Below are positions 25,631 to 35,231 of a stretch of 64,000 nt of DNA, piece after piece; position 1 is the first letter of the stretch; the number at the start of each line of letters is the position of its first letter. The notes under the pieces are model-generated. The model saw only the letters and a program-made list of their open reading frames with translations. It ran no database searches and was not told the DNA's origin. The translations under genes and the position numbers were made by a program. The DNA comes from an uncultured delta proteobacterium (GTDB taxonomy: Bacteria > Desulfobacterota > RBG-13-43-22). The stretch is from NCBI GenBank assembly GCA_963843145.1, contig CAWJJC010000003.1, positions 32,001 to 96,000 of the forward strand, given 5' to 3'.

Positions 25631-27289
25631 CTAGGCCGGTTTTTTGAATTTCTTAAAAAGATCGGCCATGGTCCCGAGGGCTCCGGATCCCTGATCCTGT
25701 CCCAAGTAGTGTTTCAATTCGGCTCGTTCCTGGTTTTCAATGACCGATTTCCTAGAGAGGGAGATCCGGCCCTGATCGTCGATCTTGATGACCTCCACTT
25801 CCAATTCCTCTCCTTCCTTCAATCCTTTGGGGGAAGAACCGGACCCGGCGGCCAGGTTACTTTGGTGAAGCAGGCCGCGAACCCGGGAGCCCAATTCGGG
25901 CAGATCCAGAAAGAGGCCGTAGGGTTTGACGCTGCTGATGACGCCTCTGGTGATCAGGCCGACTCGGGGCTTCAGGGGGGAAAACGGAAGAGCAGGGACC
26001 GACCGGTCCTCCGGAATTTCGACTCCGGCGGAAGACAGGGGAGATGAATGCGAATCCCCGGCCTCTAATTCATCCAACCTCCGACCGCGGCGGATCACAT
26101 CGCCGGTACGGGTCTCGGAAAGTTCGCCGGTCGAGTGCTCCGCCGGGGGAGCGGCTGCCTTCAGCGAGAGAGATACCCGTTGACGATCCCGGTCGATTTC
26201 CAGAATCATGACCGTTACGGTTTCCCCGGGGCTGAGCACCTGTTTGGGATGGGCAATCCGCCGGTCGGATATCTCTGAAATATGAATCAATCCTTCCAGG
26301 CCCGGGCTCAACTCCACAAAGGCGCCGTAAGGGGTTAAATGGCTGACCTGGCCGGAGACCAGGGTCCCTTCCTGAAAGGGGAGTTCCGCCTGCCAGGGAT
26401 CCGGTTCCAAGGATTTCATGGATAGACTGATTCGTTCTTCCCCTTTTTCCCCCTGCTCCAGTCGCAGGACTTGGACTCTGACCGCCTGCCCGGTTTGGAG
26501 GCGGTCGGCGGGGTCGGCGACCTGCTGCCTCGAAATTTCGGAAATGTGCAGCAAACCCTCTAGTCCGCCCAGATCCACAAAGGCGCCGAAGGGGGTTAAG
26601 CGCGTTATCACGCCGTCCAGAACGGCCCCTATGGCCAGGGTCTCTCTCACCTTGGCGGCCTGCGCTTCCCGTTCGGCCTGCAACACGGCCCTGCGGGAGA
26701 GGAGCACGTTCCGTCCTTCCTCCTCAATTCTCAGCACCTGGAATTTTTGGTTGGTCCCCACCAGGACTTCCGGATTTTCGCAGTAATGAAGGTCAATCTG
26801 GGAAAGGGGGCAAAAGGCCCGAGCGCCGCCAATCTCCACTTCCAATCCCCCTTTGTTGACCTTAAGGACCAGCCCTTCTACCGGGAGGTCCGCCTCATAG
26901 GCCCTCTGGAGCAATTCCCGTCCGGGCGTTCCGAGGGCTTTCCGCAGGCTCGTCCCCAGGTGGACTCCATGAGGAGTAAATTCGATCACGGTGAGGGAAA
27001 CCTCGGAGCCAACGGCGATGGTGGACCGGCCTTCGGCGTCTACAAAATTATCGATCGAGGCCCAGCCCTCGGCTTTATACCCGAAATCGACAAACACCGT
27101 ATCTTTAGTGATTAGGACGACCTGGCCTTGTACCATGTCTCCGGGTTGGATTTTCTTTCGGGAGGTCATGGAAGGTCGGGATTCGAAGAGTTCCGCAAAA
27201 CTGGTTTCTTCCGGTTGTCTTTCGGAAGGGTCTGAGGTTAATTCCGCTTCGTCTGGCGAAGGCTGGTCTTTCAGATCTGTTGAGTCCAT
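25631..27289 (-). CDS. Ribosomal protein S1-like protein (five S1 domains)
   Basis: Repeated S1 motifs: GDMVQGQV..VFVDFG, AFCPLSQ, FGAFVDLGGLEGLLHISE, YGAFVELSPGLEGLIHISE, YGLFLDL..GLLHQS. Confidence 0.9.
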   Translation of the reverse strand: MDSTDLKDQPSPDEAELTSDPSERQPEETSFAELFESRPSMTSRKKIQPGDMVQGQVVLITKDTVFVDFGYKAEGWASIDNFVDAEGRSTIAVGSEVSLTVIEFTPHGVHLGTSLRKALGTPGRELLQRAYEADLPVEGLVLKVNKGGLEVEIGGARAFCPLSQIDLHYCENPEVLVGTNQKFQVLRIEEEGRNVLLSRRAVLQAEREAQAAKVRETLAIGAVLDGVITRLTPFGAFVDLGGLEGLLHISEISRQQVADPADRLQTGQAVRVQVLRLEQGEKGEERISLSMKSLEPDPWQAELPFQEGTLVSGQVSHLTPYGAFVELSPGLEGLIHISEISDRRIAHPKQVLSPGETVTVMILEIDRDRQRVSLSLKAAAPPAEHSTGELSETRTGDVIRRGRRLDELEAGDSHSSPLSSAGVEIPEDRSVPALPFSPLKPRVGLITRGVISSVKPYGLFLDLPELGSRVRGLLHQSNLAAGSGSSPKGLKEGEELEVEVIKIDDQGRISLSRKSVIENQERAELKHYLGQDQGSGALGTMADLFKKFKKPA

Positions 27290-27355
27290 TGGGATCCTTT
27301 ACTATTACATGAATACGAAATTTCGAATTTGAACCAAAAATTTAAATATTTTTGG

Positions 27356-29425
27356 TTAGGTTTTTCCCTGGCCGCCGGCGGAAGGTGGGGATACCGGGCT
27401 GTAATGTGAAAAATGCATGGAAAAGGTTGCCCGACCTTGGCTGGCCGACCGCAGGGCCGTTGAATAGCCGAACATCAGCGAAAGGGGGGCGATGGCTCGA
27501 ACCTGTTGGATCTTTTTGCGGGAGCTGATTTTTTCGATTTTCCCTTTGCGGCCGTTTAAGTCCCCGATCACTTCTCCTAGGAATTCGTCGGGCACGATGA
27601 TTTCCATCCGCATGATGGGTTCCAGGAGTACCGGGTGGGCTTTCTGGCAGCCGTTACGAAAAGCCAGAGCGGCCGCCACCCGAAAGGCCATCTCCGAAAA
27701 TTGGCTTTCCGTGGTCTGTGCTTTGGTCAGGACTACCTTGACATCGACTACCGGGTATCCCTGAACCACCCCGGAAGTGCAGGATTCGTTCACGGCCGAC
27801 TCAATGGCATCAACGATGGCGGCGGGGACCGTTTCCTCCGGGACCAGGCTCATAAAGAGATTTCCTTCCCCGCGGGAGTTAGGGATCAATTGGAGGTTGA
27901 CCTGAGCCTGATGATGGACCCCTGCCAGTTCCCGATCAAAGATTTCTTCCACCTCGGCGGCCTGCCGAATGGTTTCCCGGTAGACGACCTGGGGTTTTCC
28001 GGTGTTGACCGACAGGTTATATTCCCTTTCCAAGCGGTGAACCAGCACCTCCAGATGCAGTTCCCCCATGCCGGAAATGACCGTCTGGCCGGAATCCTCG
28101 TCCATTCGAAAATGAAAGGTGGGGTCCTCCTCGGCCATTTTCCCTAGCACGTCGAGGATCTTTTCCTGCTGGCCGGAGGTCTTAGGCTCAATAGCCAGAG
28201 AGAGGACCGGTTCGTAAGTGTCAATGGCTTCCAGGATGATGGGGTGTTCAGGATCGGTCAAGGTATCGCCGGTAGCGGAGCTTTTTAAGCCGATGACCCC
28301 GATGATGTCCCCCGCCCGGGCCTGTTCGATCCGCTCCCGCTTGTTGGCATGCATGCGCAGGATGCGGGCCACCCGTTCCCGGGTTTTTTTAAGGGGGCTA
28401 TAGACCTCCTGGCCCACATTCAGGATGCCTGAATAGATCCTCAAATAGGTGAGCTTCCGTCCCTGATCCATGCTGATCTTAAAGGCCAGGCCGGCAAAGG
28501 GAGCGTCGTCCCGAGGGGGGCGGTTTTCCAGGATTTTGGTGTTTGGATTCTGGCCGCTTACCGGCGGAATATCGAGAGGATTCGGAAGAAAATGCACAAT
28601 ACCGTCCAACAGCGGCTGGACGCCTTTGTTCCTTAGGGCGGCTCCGCAGAAGACCGGAACGATTTTTAAATCGATGGTCCCTTGACGGATTACCGGAAGC
28701 AGGGATTCCGCTTCGATGGTTTCGCCGCCCAAATAACGCTCCAGAAGGGTTTCATCCAAGTCGGCCAGTATTTCCAATAATTTTTCCCGGTACAAGGCCG
28801 CTTCCTCCTGCAGTTCTGCCGGGATGGGCTGCACATCAAACTCGGCCCCCATGTTGTCCTCGTTCCATTTAAGGGCGTTAAAATGGAGCAGGTCGATGGT
28901 CCCCTGGAAATTTTCTTCCTTCCCCCAAGGCAGATGGAGGATTAGGGGCTGGGCCCCCAATTTATCTTTGATCTGGGAAACGGTCCCCTGGAAATCCGCG
29001 CCTACCCGGTCGAGTTTGTTGATAAAGGCGATTCGGGGCACATGGTACTTGTCCGCCTGGTGCCAGACGGTCTCCGACTGGGGCTCCACCCCGCCCACGG
29101 CGCAGAAAACAGCCACGGCCCCGTCCAAAATACGCAAGGAACGCTCCACTTCTATGGTGAAATCCACGTGACCGGGGGTGTCGATTATGTTGATGGTCTG
29201 GTTCAACCAATGGCAGGTGGTCACGGCCGAGGTGATGGTGATGCCCCGTTCCTGTTCTTCAGGCATCCAGTCCATGACCGCCTCCCCGTCATGGACCTCC
29301 CCGATTTTGTAGGATTTGCCGGTATAAAAAAGGATGCGCTCGGTCAAAGTGGTCTTGCCGGCATCGATGTGGGCCATAATGCCGATGTTTCGTATCTTGC
29401 GCAGTCGTGAATCTTTGGCCGTCAT
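27356..29425 (-). CDS. fusA: Elongation factor G (outside the str operon)
   Basis: [56 protein letters not shown]; ATG 29425 is preceded by ggagga. Confidence 0.95.
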   Translation of the reverse strand: MTAKDSRLRKIRNIGIMAHIDAGKTTLTERILFYTGKSYKIGEVHDGEAVMDWMPEEQERGITITSAVTTCHWLNQTINIIDTPGHVDFTIEVERSLRILDGAVAVFCAVGGVEPQSETVWHQADKYHVPRIAFINKLDRVGADFQGTVSQIKDKLGAQPLILHLPWGKEENFQGTIDLLHFNALKWNEDNMGAEFDVQPIPAELQEEAALYREKLLEILADLDETLLERYLGGETIEAESLLPVIRQGTIDLKIVPVFCGAALRNKGVQPLLDGIVHFLPNPLDIPPVSGQNPNTKILENRPPRDDAPFAGLAFKISMDQGRKLTYLRIYSGILNVGQEVYSPLKKTRERVARILRMHANKRERIEQARAGDIIGVIGLKSSATGDTLTDPEHPIILEAIDTYEPVLSLAIEPKTSGQQEKILDVLGKMAEEDPTFHFRMDEDSGQTVISGMGELHLEVLVHRLEREYNLSVNTGKPQVVYRETIRQAAEVEEIFDRELAGVHHQAQVNLQLIPNSRGEGNLFMSLVPEETVPAAIVDAIESAVNESCTSGVVQGYPVVDVKVVLTKAQTTESQFSEMAFRVAAALAFRNGCQKAHPVLLEPIMRMEIIVPDEFLGEVIGDLNGRKGKIEKISSRKKIQQVRAIAPLSLMFGYSTALRSASQGRATFSMHFSHYSPVSPPSAGGQGKT

Positions 29426-29571
29426 ACCGGGAACCCCGATTCCTCCGTTAGGTAGGGGGAACTGTAGGCTATTTTCCATCATTCGTCAAGGGGGCAAAGC
29501 AAAAGGTGCCCGTCGCGAGGGGAAGGATCCTCACGGGTAAGGCGTTGTTAATTTCAGGGACCTTTGCTATA

Positions 29572-30240
29572 ATGAACGCTATGTTTTCGGTTGCGCGATC
29601 CCAATTACTGGCGATCTACAAACGCCTCCAGGCTGCCTTAGGGCCGAGCGGTTGGTGGCCGGGGGAAACCCCGTTGGAGATTATCGTCGGGGCTATTCTA
29701 ACCCAAAACACCTCCTGGCGCAATGTGGAGCAGGCTTTGGCCCGACTGAAAGAGGAGGGGGCTCTCTCGGTTGAGCGGCTAACGCGAATGGGGGAAGCAC
29801 AATTGGCCGAGTGGATTCGGCCGGCCGGATATTATCGGATCAAGGCCCGGCGCCTCAAAAATTTTTTTCATTTTCTCCAAGAGGAGTATCAGGGCCAAAT
29901 CGGGGCACTGGTTGAGCAGCCTCTGGAAAAAGTCCGGGATCAACTGTTGGGTGTTCGGGGCGTTGGGCCGGAAACGGCGGACAGTATACTATTGTACGCC
30001 CTGGGCAAGCCCACATTTGTGGTGGACGCCTACACCCATCGGATCTTTTCCCGTCACCGACTGGTTCCCGAGGAATCCGACTATGAGGGCTTGCGCTCTT
30101 TTTTTATGGAGTCCTTGCCGGAGGAAGCCCCCCTGTTCAACGAATTTCATGCCCTCATTGTTCGGACGGCCAAGACCTATTGCAAGAAAAAGGCGCCGCT
30201 TTGCGGGGAGTGTCCCTTGCGGGACCTGGAGCCGGCTTGA
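29572..30240 (+). CDS. Endonuclease III-like HhH-GPD DNA glycosylase with Fe-S motif
   Basis: WWPGE, GAILTQNTSWRNV, GVGPETADSILLY, FVVDAYT, C-terminal CKKKAPLCGECP. The start is 29572 or 29581. Confidence 0.9.
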   Translation: MNAMFSVARSQLLAIYKRLQAALGPSGWWPGETPLEIIVGAILTQNTSWRNVEQALARLKEEGALSVERLTRMGEAQLAEWIRPAGYYRIKARRLKNFFHFLQEEYQGQIGALVEQPLEKVRDQLLGVRGVGPETADSILLYALGKPTFVVDAYTHRIFSRHRLVPEESDYEGLRSFFMESLPEEAPLFNEFHALIVRTAKTYCKKKAPLCGECPLRDLEPA

Positions 30241-30334
30241 CCTAAATCAGCCGGTTTTTTTCTCTCGGGCCTTATGCGGACAGCCGAGGCAGGAAAATAT
30301 AAAGGGGCGAGAAAACTAGCTAATTGGATACCAT

Positions 30335-30380
30335 AATAATCAATAGTCAATTGTTAATTATCAATTGACTATTGATTATT
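30335..30380. repeat. Perfect 19-bp AT-rich inverted repeat
   Basis: aataatcaatagtcaattg-ttaattat-caattgactattgattatt; a related half-site lies at about 36588-36612. Confidence 0.85.
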
Positions 30381-30428
30381 GAACATGTTGCAAGTTAAAG
30401 AGGCTATTTACGTCTTAAGGATGGAAAC

Positions 30429-30776
30429 ATGAAGAAAAAAATTATCGTTTTTTTGACTGCCGGGTTTTGGATCTTGGTACTGTTCAGCGGCTGCCTTCCG
30501 CCCAAGCAGGTTATCGGCGGGTATGAGGATCCGGCCAAGAGGATTCAGCCCGAGGAGGTCGAGAAATCGGGCGAGCGAGCGGAAGAAAAGAAGAAAATGG
30601 AAGCCTTGATCCGAAAGTTGGAGGAAACCGAAAAGCGGCTTTTGGAGATGCAGCGGAAAACCCAGGAGACCTACCAGCGGCTGGAAGAGGCCTCGAAAAA
30701 AACCGAAAGGTCGTTGGAACGCATCGAAAGGGCCGGGGAAAAGATTGAAGCCGTGGGTAAAAAAGAAGCTCCATGA
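30429..30776 (+). CDS. Hypothetical coiled-coil lipoprotein
   Basis: Signal peptide with lipobox FSGC, followed by a Glu/Lys-rich coiled coil; ATGA overlap with the next gene. Confidence 0.7.
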   Translation: MKKKIIVFLTAGFWILVLFSGCLPPKQVIGGYEDPAKRIQPEEVEKSGERAEEKKKMEALIRKLEETEKRLLEMQRKTQETYQRLEEASKKTERSLERIERAGEKIEAVGKKEAP

Positions 30777-31606
30777 GATCAAAAACACGCACACCCCGAA
30801 AATCGCGGGGATGGTTCCAAAAACTGGATCAGGATAATATCTTTTTTTTAGCCTCCGGGCTGGCCTTTGATTTCCTGATCTGCTTTATCCCTTTGATCTT
30901 GGTCATCCTCTCTTTACTGGGATTTTTTCTTAATTCCTCCCAGGAGATTCTGAATTACGTTCGAACCTATCTGGTCCGGATGCTTCCCCAGGCCTCACCT
31001 AAATTGACCGCCAATATCCTGAATCTGGTCAAGGATCGCCAGATCGTCGGGCTAGTGGGTTTTATAGGGTTGATTTGGGCGGCCATGCGCCTCTTCGGTT
31101 CCATTCGGACCGTCCTGAACAAGACCTTGGAAATCGTCTCCCATCATAGCTACCTGCGGGAGAAACTCCATGACCTGCTTTATGTATTAATTACCGGAAT
31201 CCTATTCCTCTTCTCCATCCTCCTGAACAGCATTTTCGATCTGATCCGGACGATCCCGGCCAAGCTGGGGCTGCCTCCTTTGTTGGACCTGAAATGGTGG
31301 GGCTGGACGGCCGGCATCCTGGTGGCCTATTTTTTTTCGGTGTTGATGTTTTTTGTCCTCTTTCGTTTTTTACCCACTCGAAAACCATCCACCCGGGCCG
31401 CCTTTCTTGCGGCCCTGCTCATTGCCGGCCTCTGGGAAGTGGCCAAACACCTTTTTCGTATTTATGTGAATTTTATCAATTCCTTTGCCGCGGTCTACGG
31501 GTCGTTGGGCCTGCTGGTCGTTTTTATCCTTTGGATTTATTATTCTTGCCTGCTTTTTGTCCTGGGCGGGGAGATCATGTGGCTTTTCTCCAGAGAGCGG
31601 TCATGA
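30773..31606 (+). CDS. YihY/virulence factor BrkB family membrane protein
   Basis: DNIFFLASGLAF, multiple TM segments, VYGSLGLLVVFILWIYYS..LGGEI. Confidence 0.9.
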   Translation: MRSKTRTPRKSRGWFQKLDQDNIFFLASGLAFDFLICFIPLILVILSLLGFFLNSSQEILNYVRTYLVRMLPQASPKLTANILNLVKDRQIVGLVGFIGLIWAAMRLFGSIRTVLNKTLEIVSHHSYLREKLHDLLYVLITGILFLFSILLNSIFDLIRTIPAKLGLPPLLDLKWWGWTAGILVAYFFSVLMFFVLFRFLPTRKPSTRAAFLAALLIAGLWEVAKHLFRIYVNFINSFAAVYGSLGLLVVFILWIYYSCLLFVLGGEIMWLFSRERS

Positions 31607-32490
31607 CCGGGGCGGGGTTGGTTCAGCAAGTTATCAATGGCCTCAACCTGGGATGCCTCTATGCTTTGATCGCCATCGGCTACACCCTGGTCTACGGGAT
31701 ACTACGTCTGATCAATTTTGCCCACGGGGATGTCTTAATGGTGGCCACTTACTTTTCCTATTACGGGGTAGTGCAGTTTGCCCTGCCCTGGTGGCTGGCT
31801 GCTCTGGTGGCCCTACCGCTGACCGCGTTGCTGGGAGTGGCTATCGACCGGGGGGCCTACCTGCCCGTACGCCGGGCCCCCAGGATTTCGGCCTTGATCG
31901 CGGCCATCGCTGTTTCCTTTTTTCTGGAAAATTTGGGACTGGTAATTTTTGGCGGCCGGCCCAAAGCATTTTACCGCCCGCCCGTGCTGGGAGAAATCGT
32001 CGAGTGGGGCGGGGTCCGAATTCTCAGCCTGAGCTTCTGGACCCTGGCGATCACCTTGGTCATCCTGGGCCTGGTTTTCGTTTTCATCTATAAGACGCGG
32101 ATCGGTCTGGCCATGCGAGCGGTTTCCCGGGATATGGAAACCGTATCGCTGATGGGCGTTCCGGTAAACCGGGTCATCAGCCTGACTTTTGCACTGGGTT
32201 CGGCTCTGGCAGCCGCCGGTGGGATTCTCTGGGCTATGAAATATCCCCAAATCAATCCCCTGATGGGGATTATCCCCGGTCTGAAGGCCTTTGTGGCAGC
32301 GGTCCTGGGGGGGATTGGGAACGTTTTCGGCGCCGTGGCCGGAGGGCTGATTCTGGGAATCCTGGAAATACTCCTGGTCGCCTGGTTGCCTTCCCTGGCG
32401 GGTTACCGGGATGCCCTGGCCTTTTTCCTTTTGATTACCATTCTCCTCCTTCGGCCGACGGGTCTTTTCGGCGAAAAGTCATCCGGTTAG
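31603..32490 (+). CDS. livH: Branched-chain amino acid ABC transporter permease LivH
   Basis: NGLNLGCLYALIAIGYTLVYGILRLINFAHG, GLKAFVAAVLGGIG, RPTGLFG; ATG 31603 overlaps the yihY stop. Confidence 0.93.
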   Translation: MTGAGLVQQVINGLNLGCLYALIAIGYTLVYGILRLINFAHGDVLMVATYFSYYGVVQFALPWWLAALVALPLTALLGVAIDRGAYLPVRRAPRISALIAAIAVSFFLENLGLVIFGGRPKAFYRPPVLGEIVEWGGVRILSLSFWTLAITLVILGLVFVFIYKTRIGLAMRAVSRDMETVSLMGVPVNRVISLTFALGSALAAAGGILWAMKYPQINPLMGIIPGLKAFVAAVLGGIGNVFGAVAGGLILGILEILLVAWLPSLAGYRDALAFFLLITILLLRPTGLFGEKSSG

Positions 32491-32496
32491 ATTTTT

Positions 32497-33552
32497 TTGG
32501 CTAGAGTTTATCGGAGATTACCCTTGCTTTCCTCCCGCCGGGATACTATTTTCACCCTCTTAAGTGTGCCCGTCCTGCTGGCCGTCCTGTTTTTTTTCAG
32601 CCGCTACAGTTCCGAGTACCAAATCCGGATCCTGAGCCTGGTCGGTATTTTCATTTCATTGGCGGTGAGTTACAACCTGATCAATGGGGTCACCGGACAG
32701 TTTTCCCTGGCCCCCAACGCCTTCATCGCTCTGGGGGCTTATACCGCCGCCCTGCTGACCATGGCCCCGGAAGAAAAAAGGATTTCTTTTATTATCGAGC
32801 CTTTGATCTGGCCGCTCAATCAGGTCTGCCTGCCTTTTCCCCTGGCCCTGCTGTCGGGGGGGGTGGTGGCGGCTTTGTTTGGTTTTCTGATCGGGTTTCC
32901 CGTCTTCCGGGTCAAAGGGGATTATCTGGCCATCGTCACCCTGGGGTTCGGGGAAGTGGTCCGGGTAGCGGCCAATAACCTCCAATCAATTACCAACGGC
33001 CCTTTGGGCCTCAAGGGCCTTCCCCCCTATACCAATCTGTGGTGGTCCTGGGGGGTGGCGCTCCTGACCGTCGTTTTTGTGGCCCGGCTGGTTAGGGGCA
33101 GCTACGGCCGGGCGCTGAAGGCCGTTCGCCAGGACGAGCTGGCGGCGGCGGCCATGGGAATCAATGTCTTCTGGCATAAGATGCTGGCCTTCGTCATCAG
33201 CGCCTTTTTCGGCGGTCTGGGCGGTGGGCTCTTGGCCCATCTCATCACCACTATTTCACCGACCCTGTTTTCCTTCTTCCTGACCTTTAACCTCCTGATC
33301 ATGATTGTGGTGGGGGGGTTGGGGAGCATCACCGGATCGGTCATCGCGGCGGCCCTGATCACCTGGGGCGGGGAATGGCTCCGCTGGGTGGAGGAGCCGA
33401 TGCACCTTGGGCCTTGGCAGGTGCCGGGAATTCCCGGGATGCGCATGGTCTTGTTTTCCTTTATTCTATTAGTGGTCATCCTCTTCGCCCGGGAAGGGCT
33501 CATGGGCCGGAGGGAATTTTCCTGGGATAAGGTGTTACGCCGAAGGCCATGA
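32497..33552 (+). CDS. livM: Branched-chain amino acid ABC transporter permease LivM
   Basis: GVTGQFSL, KGDYLAIVTLGFGE, GRALKAVRQDELAA, GGLGSITG. Confidence 0.92.
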   Translation: MARVYRRLPLLSSRRDTIFTLLSVPVLLAVLFFFSRYSSEYQIRILSLVGIFISLAVSYNLINGVTGQFSLAPNAFIALGAYTAALLTMAPEEKRISFIIEPLIWPLNQVCLPFPLALLSGGVVAALFGFLIGFPVFRVKGDYLAIVTLGFGEVVRVAANNLQSITNGPLGLKGLPPYTNLWWSWGVALLTVVFVARLVRGSYGRALKAVRQDELAAAAMGINVFWHKMLAFVISAFFGGLGGGLLAHLITTISPTLFSFFLTFNLLIMIVVGGLGSITGSVIAAALITWGGEWLRWVEEPMHLGPWQVPGIPGMRMVLFSFILLVVILFAREGLMGRREFSWDKVLRRRP

Positions 33553-34328
33553 CTCTGCTGGAGATCCGCCACCTGACGTTATTTTTTGAAGGGCTGATGG
33601 CCGTCAACGATTTTTCCTGGCAGGTAGGGCCGGGGAAGATCATGGGCCTGATCGGGCCGAACGGGGCCGGAAAGACAACGGTTTTCAATCTGATTACCGG
33701 GGTGTTGAAACCCCGGGAGGGGCGGATTCGTTTCAACGACCGGGAGATTACCGGCTGGCCGCCCCACGCCGTTTGCCGGGAGGGCATCGGCCGCACCTTT
33801 CAGAACATCCGGCTGCTGCCCGAGATGACCGTGCTGGAAAACGTTCTGGTGGCCTTTCACGTCCGCCTGCGATCCTCTTTCTGGGGCGCGGTTTTCCAAT
33901 TTCCCCGCTATCGGCAGGAAGAGCGGTCCATGCAGCGCGAGGCGCGGGCTATTCTGGAACGGATGGGACTGGCAGAAAAGGCGGAGGCCTCGGCCCACTC
34001 CCTGACCTACGGCCAGCAGCGGAAGCTGGAGATCGCCCGGGCCCTGGCGACCCGGCCGCAACTGTTGTTGCTGGACGAACCGGCCGCGGGCATGAATCCC
34101 CGGGAAACCGTAGAGTTGATGGCGCTTATCCGGCAAATCCGCTCTGATTTTAAGCTGTCTCTCCTGGTGATTGAACACGATATGCGCTTTGTGGCCGGAC
34201 TCTGTGATGGGGTGAAGGTACTTGACTACGGGGCCACGATTGCCGAAGGAACCCCCCAGGAAATTCAGCATGACCCCCGGGTGATCGAAGCCTATCTGGG
34301 GAAGAAGCAAGAGGGGATGCCGGAATAG
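33549..34328 (+). CDS. livG: Branched-chain amino acid ABC transporter ATPase LivG
   Basis: GPNGAGKTT, RTFQNIRL, LTYGQQRKLEIARA, LLDEPAAG, VIEAYLG. Confidence 0.95.
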   Translation: MTLLEIRHLTLFFEGLMAVNDFSWQVGPGKIMGLIGPNGAGKTTVFNLITGVLKPREGRIRFNDREITGWPPHAVCREGIGRTFQNIRLLPEMTVLENVLVAFHVRLRSSFWGAVFQFPRYRQEERSMQREARAILERMGLAEKAEASAHSLTYGQQRKLEIARALATRPQLLLLDEPAAGMNPRETVELMALIRQIRSDFKLSLLVIEHDMRFVAGLCDGVKVLDYGATIAEGTPQEIQHDPRVIEAYLGKKQEGMPE

Positions 34329-34365
34329 AGGCTTCAAAATGAACATCGAACAAAGAACTTTCAAC

Positions 34366-35073
34366 ATGTTAAAAGTCACTGATCTTCAGGTCCGCTATCA
34401 GGGTATCGAAGCGCTGAAAGGTATTTCCTTCCAAGTTCCCCAGGGCCGTATTGTCTCCCTGATCGGGGCCAACGGAGCCGGGAAAAGCACGGCCCTGCGG
34501 ACGGTGGCCGGCCTGGCGCGCCCGGCGGGAGGGAAGATATTCTTCCAGGGACAGGAAATATCCCGGAGGCCGGTCCATGACATCACCCGGCTGGGCATCA
34601 GCCTAGTACCGGAGGGCCGCAAGATTTTTTCCAATCTTTCGGTCCTGGAAAACCTCTACCTGGGGGCTTACACCCGACCGAGGGATGCCGCCTTCATCAA
34701 AGATCTGGAGTGGGTTTACTCGGTGTTTCCCCGGTTGGAAGACCGGAAGCGTCAGCGGGCCGGGACCCTTTCCGGAGGGGAACAGCAGATGCTGGCCCTA
34801 GGTCGGGCACTGATGGCCTCCCCCAAGCTCCTGATGATGGATGAACCTTCGCTGGGACTGGCGCCCCAGTTGGTAGCCGAGGTCTTTGGGGTGATCCGGA
34901 AAATACATGAGGCGGGGACCACCATTCTGCTCATCGAGCAGAATGCCTGGGGGGCGCTGGAAGTGGCCGATTACGCGTATGTGTTGGAGATCGGCCGCAT
35001 TGTCCTGCAAGGAAAGGGGTCGGATCTGCTGGCCGATGATGCCATTCGCCGGGCCTATTTGGGGGAAGGATAG
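34366..35073 (+). CDS. livF: Branched-chain amino acid ABC transporter ATPase LivF
   Basis: GANGAGKST, VPEGRKIF, LSGGEQQMLA, DEPSLGLAP, IEQN. Confidence 0.95.
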   Translation: MLKVTDLQVRYQGIEALKGISFQVPQGRIVSLIGANGAGKSTALRTVAGLARPAGGKIFFQGQEISRRPVHDITRLGISLVPEGRKIFSNLSVLENLYLGAYTRPRDAAFIKDLEWVYSVFPRLEDRKRQRAGTLSGGEQQMLALGRALMASPKLLMMDEPSLGLAPQLVAEVFGVIRKIHEAGTTILLIEQNAWGALEVADYAYVLEIGRIVLQGKGSDLLADDAIRRAYLGEG

Positions 35074-35074
35074 G

Positions 35075-35210
35075 GCTGAGGAGGGGAGATGGAAGAGGGA
35101 AGAGGGAAGAAAAGAATAGAAGACAGAGGAGAGAAGGGAGAAGACAGAAAGATGGAAGATGGAAGATGGAAGCGGAAGGCAGAAGAGAAAAGAAGACAGC
35201 AGGGAGATAG
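35075..35210 (+). repeat. Purine-rich ~7-nt tandem tract (gatggaa/gagggaa)
   Basis: gatggaagagggaagagggaaga ... gatggaagatggaagatggaag, almost pyrimidine-free on the + strand. Confidence 0.7.
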
Positions 35211-35231
35211 TTGGTTGGGAATAGGATTGTG

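Noticed and set aside
31294-31602. 103-aa N-terminal extension of LivH in the ORF track
   Set aside because: It overlaps yihY in another frame; the ATG at 31603 (ATGA coupling) gives a normal LivH.
31603-35073. livHMGF lacking an adjacent substrate-binding gene as a novel system
   Set aside because: Orphan LivK-type binding proteins encoded elsewhere are common, so this is not distinctive.
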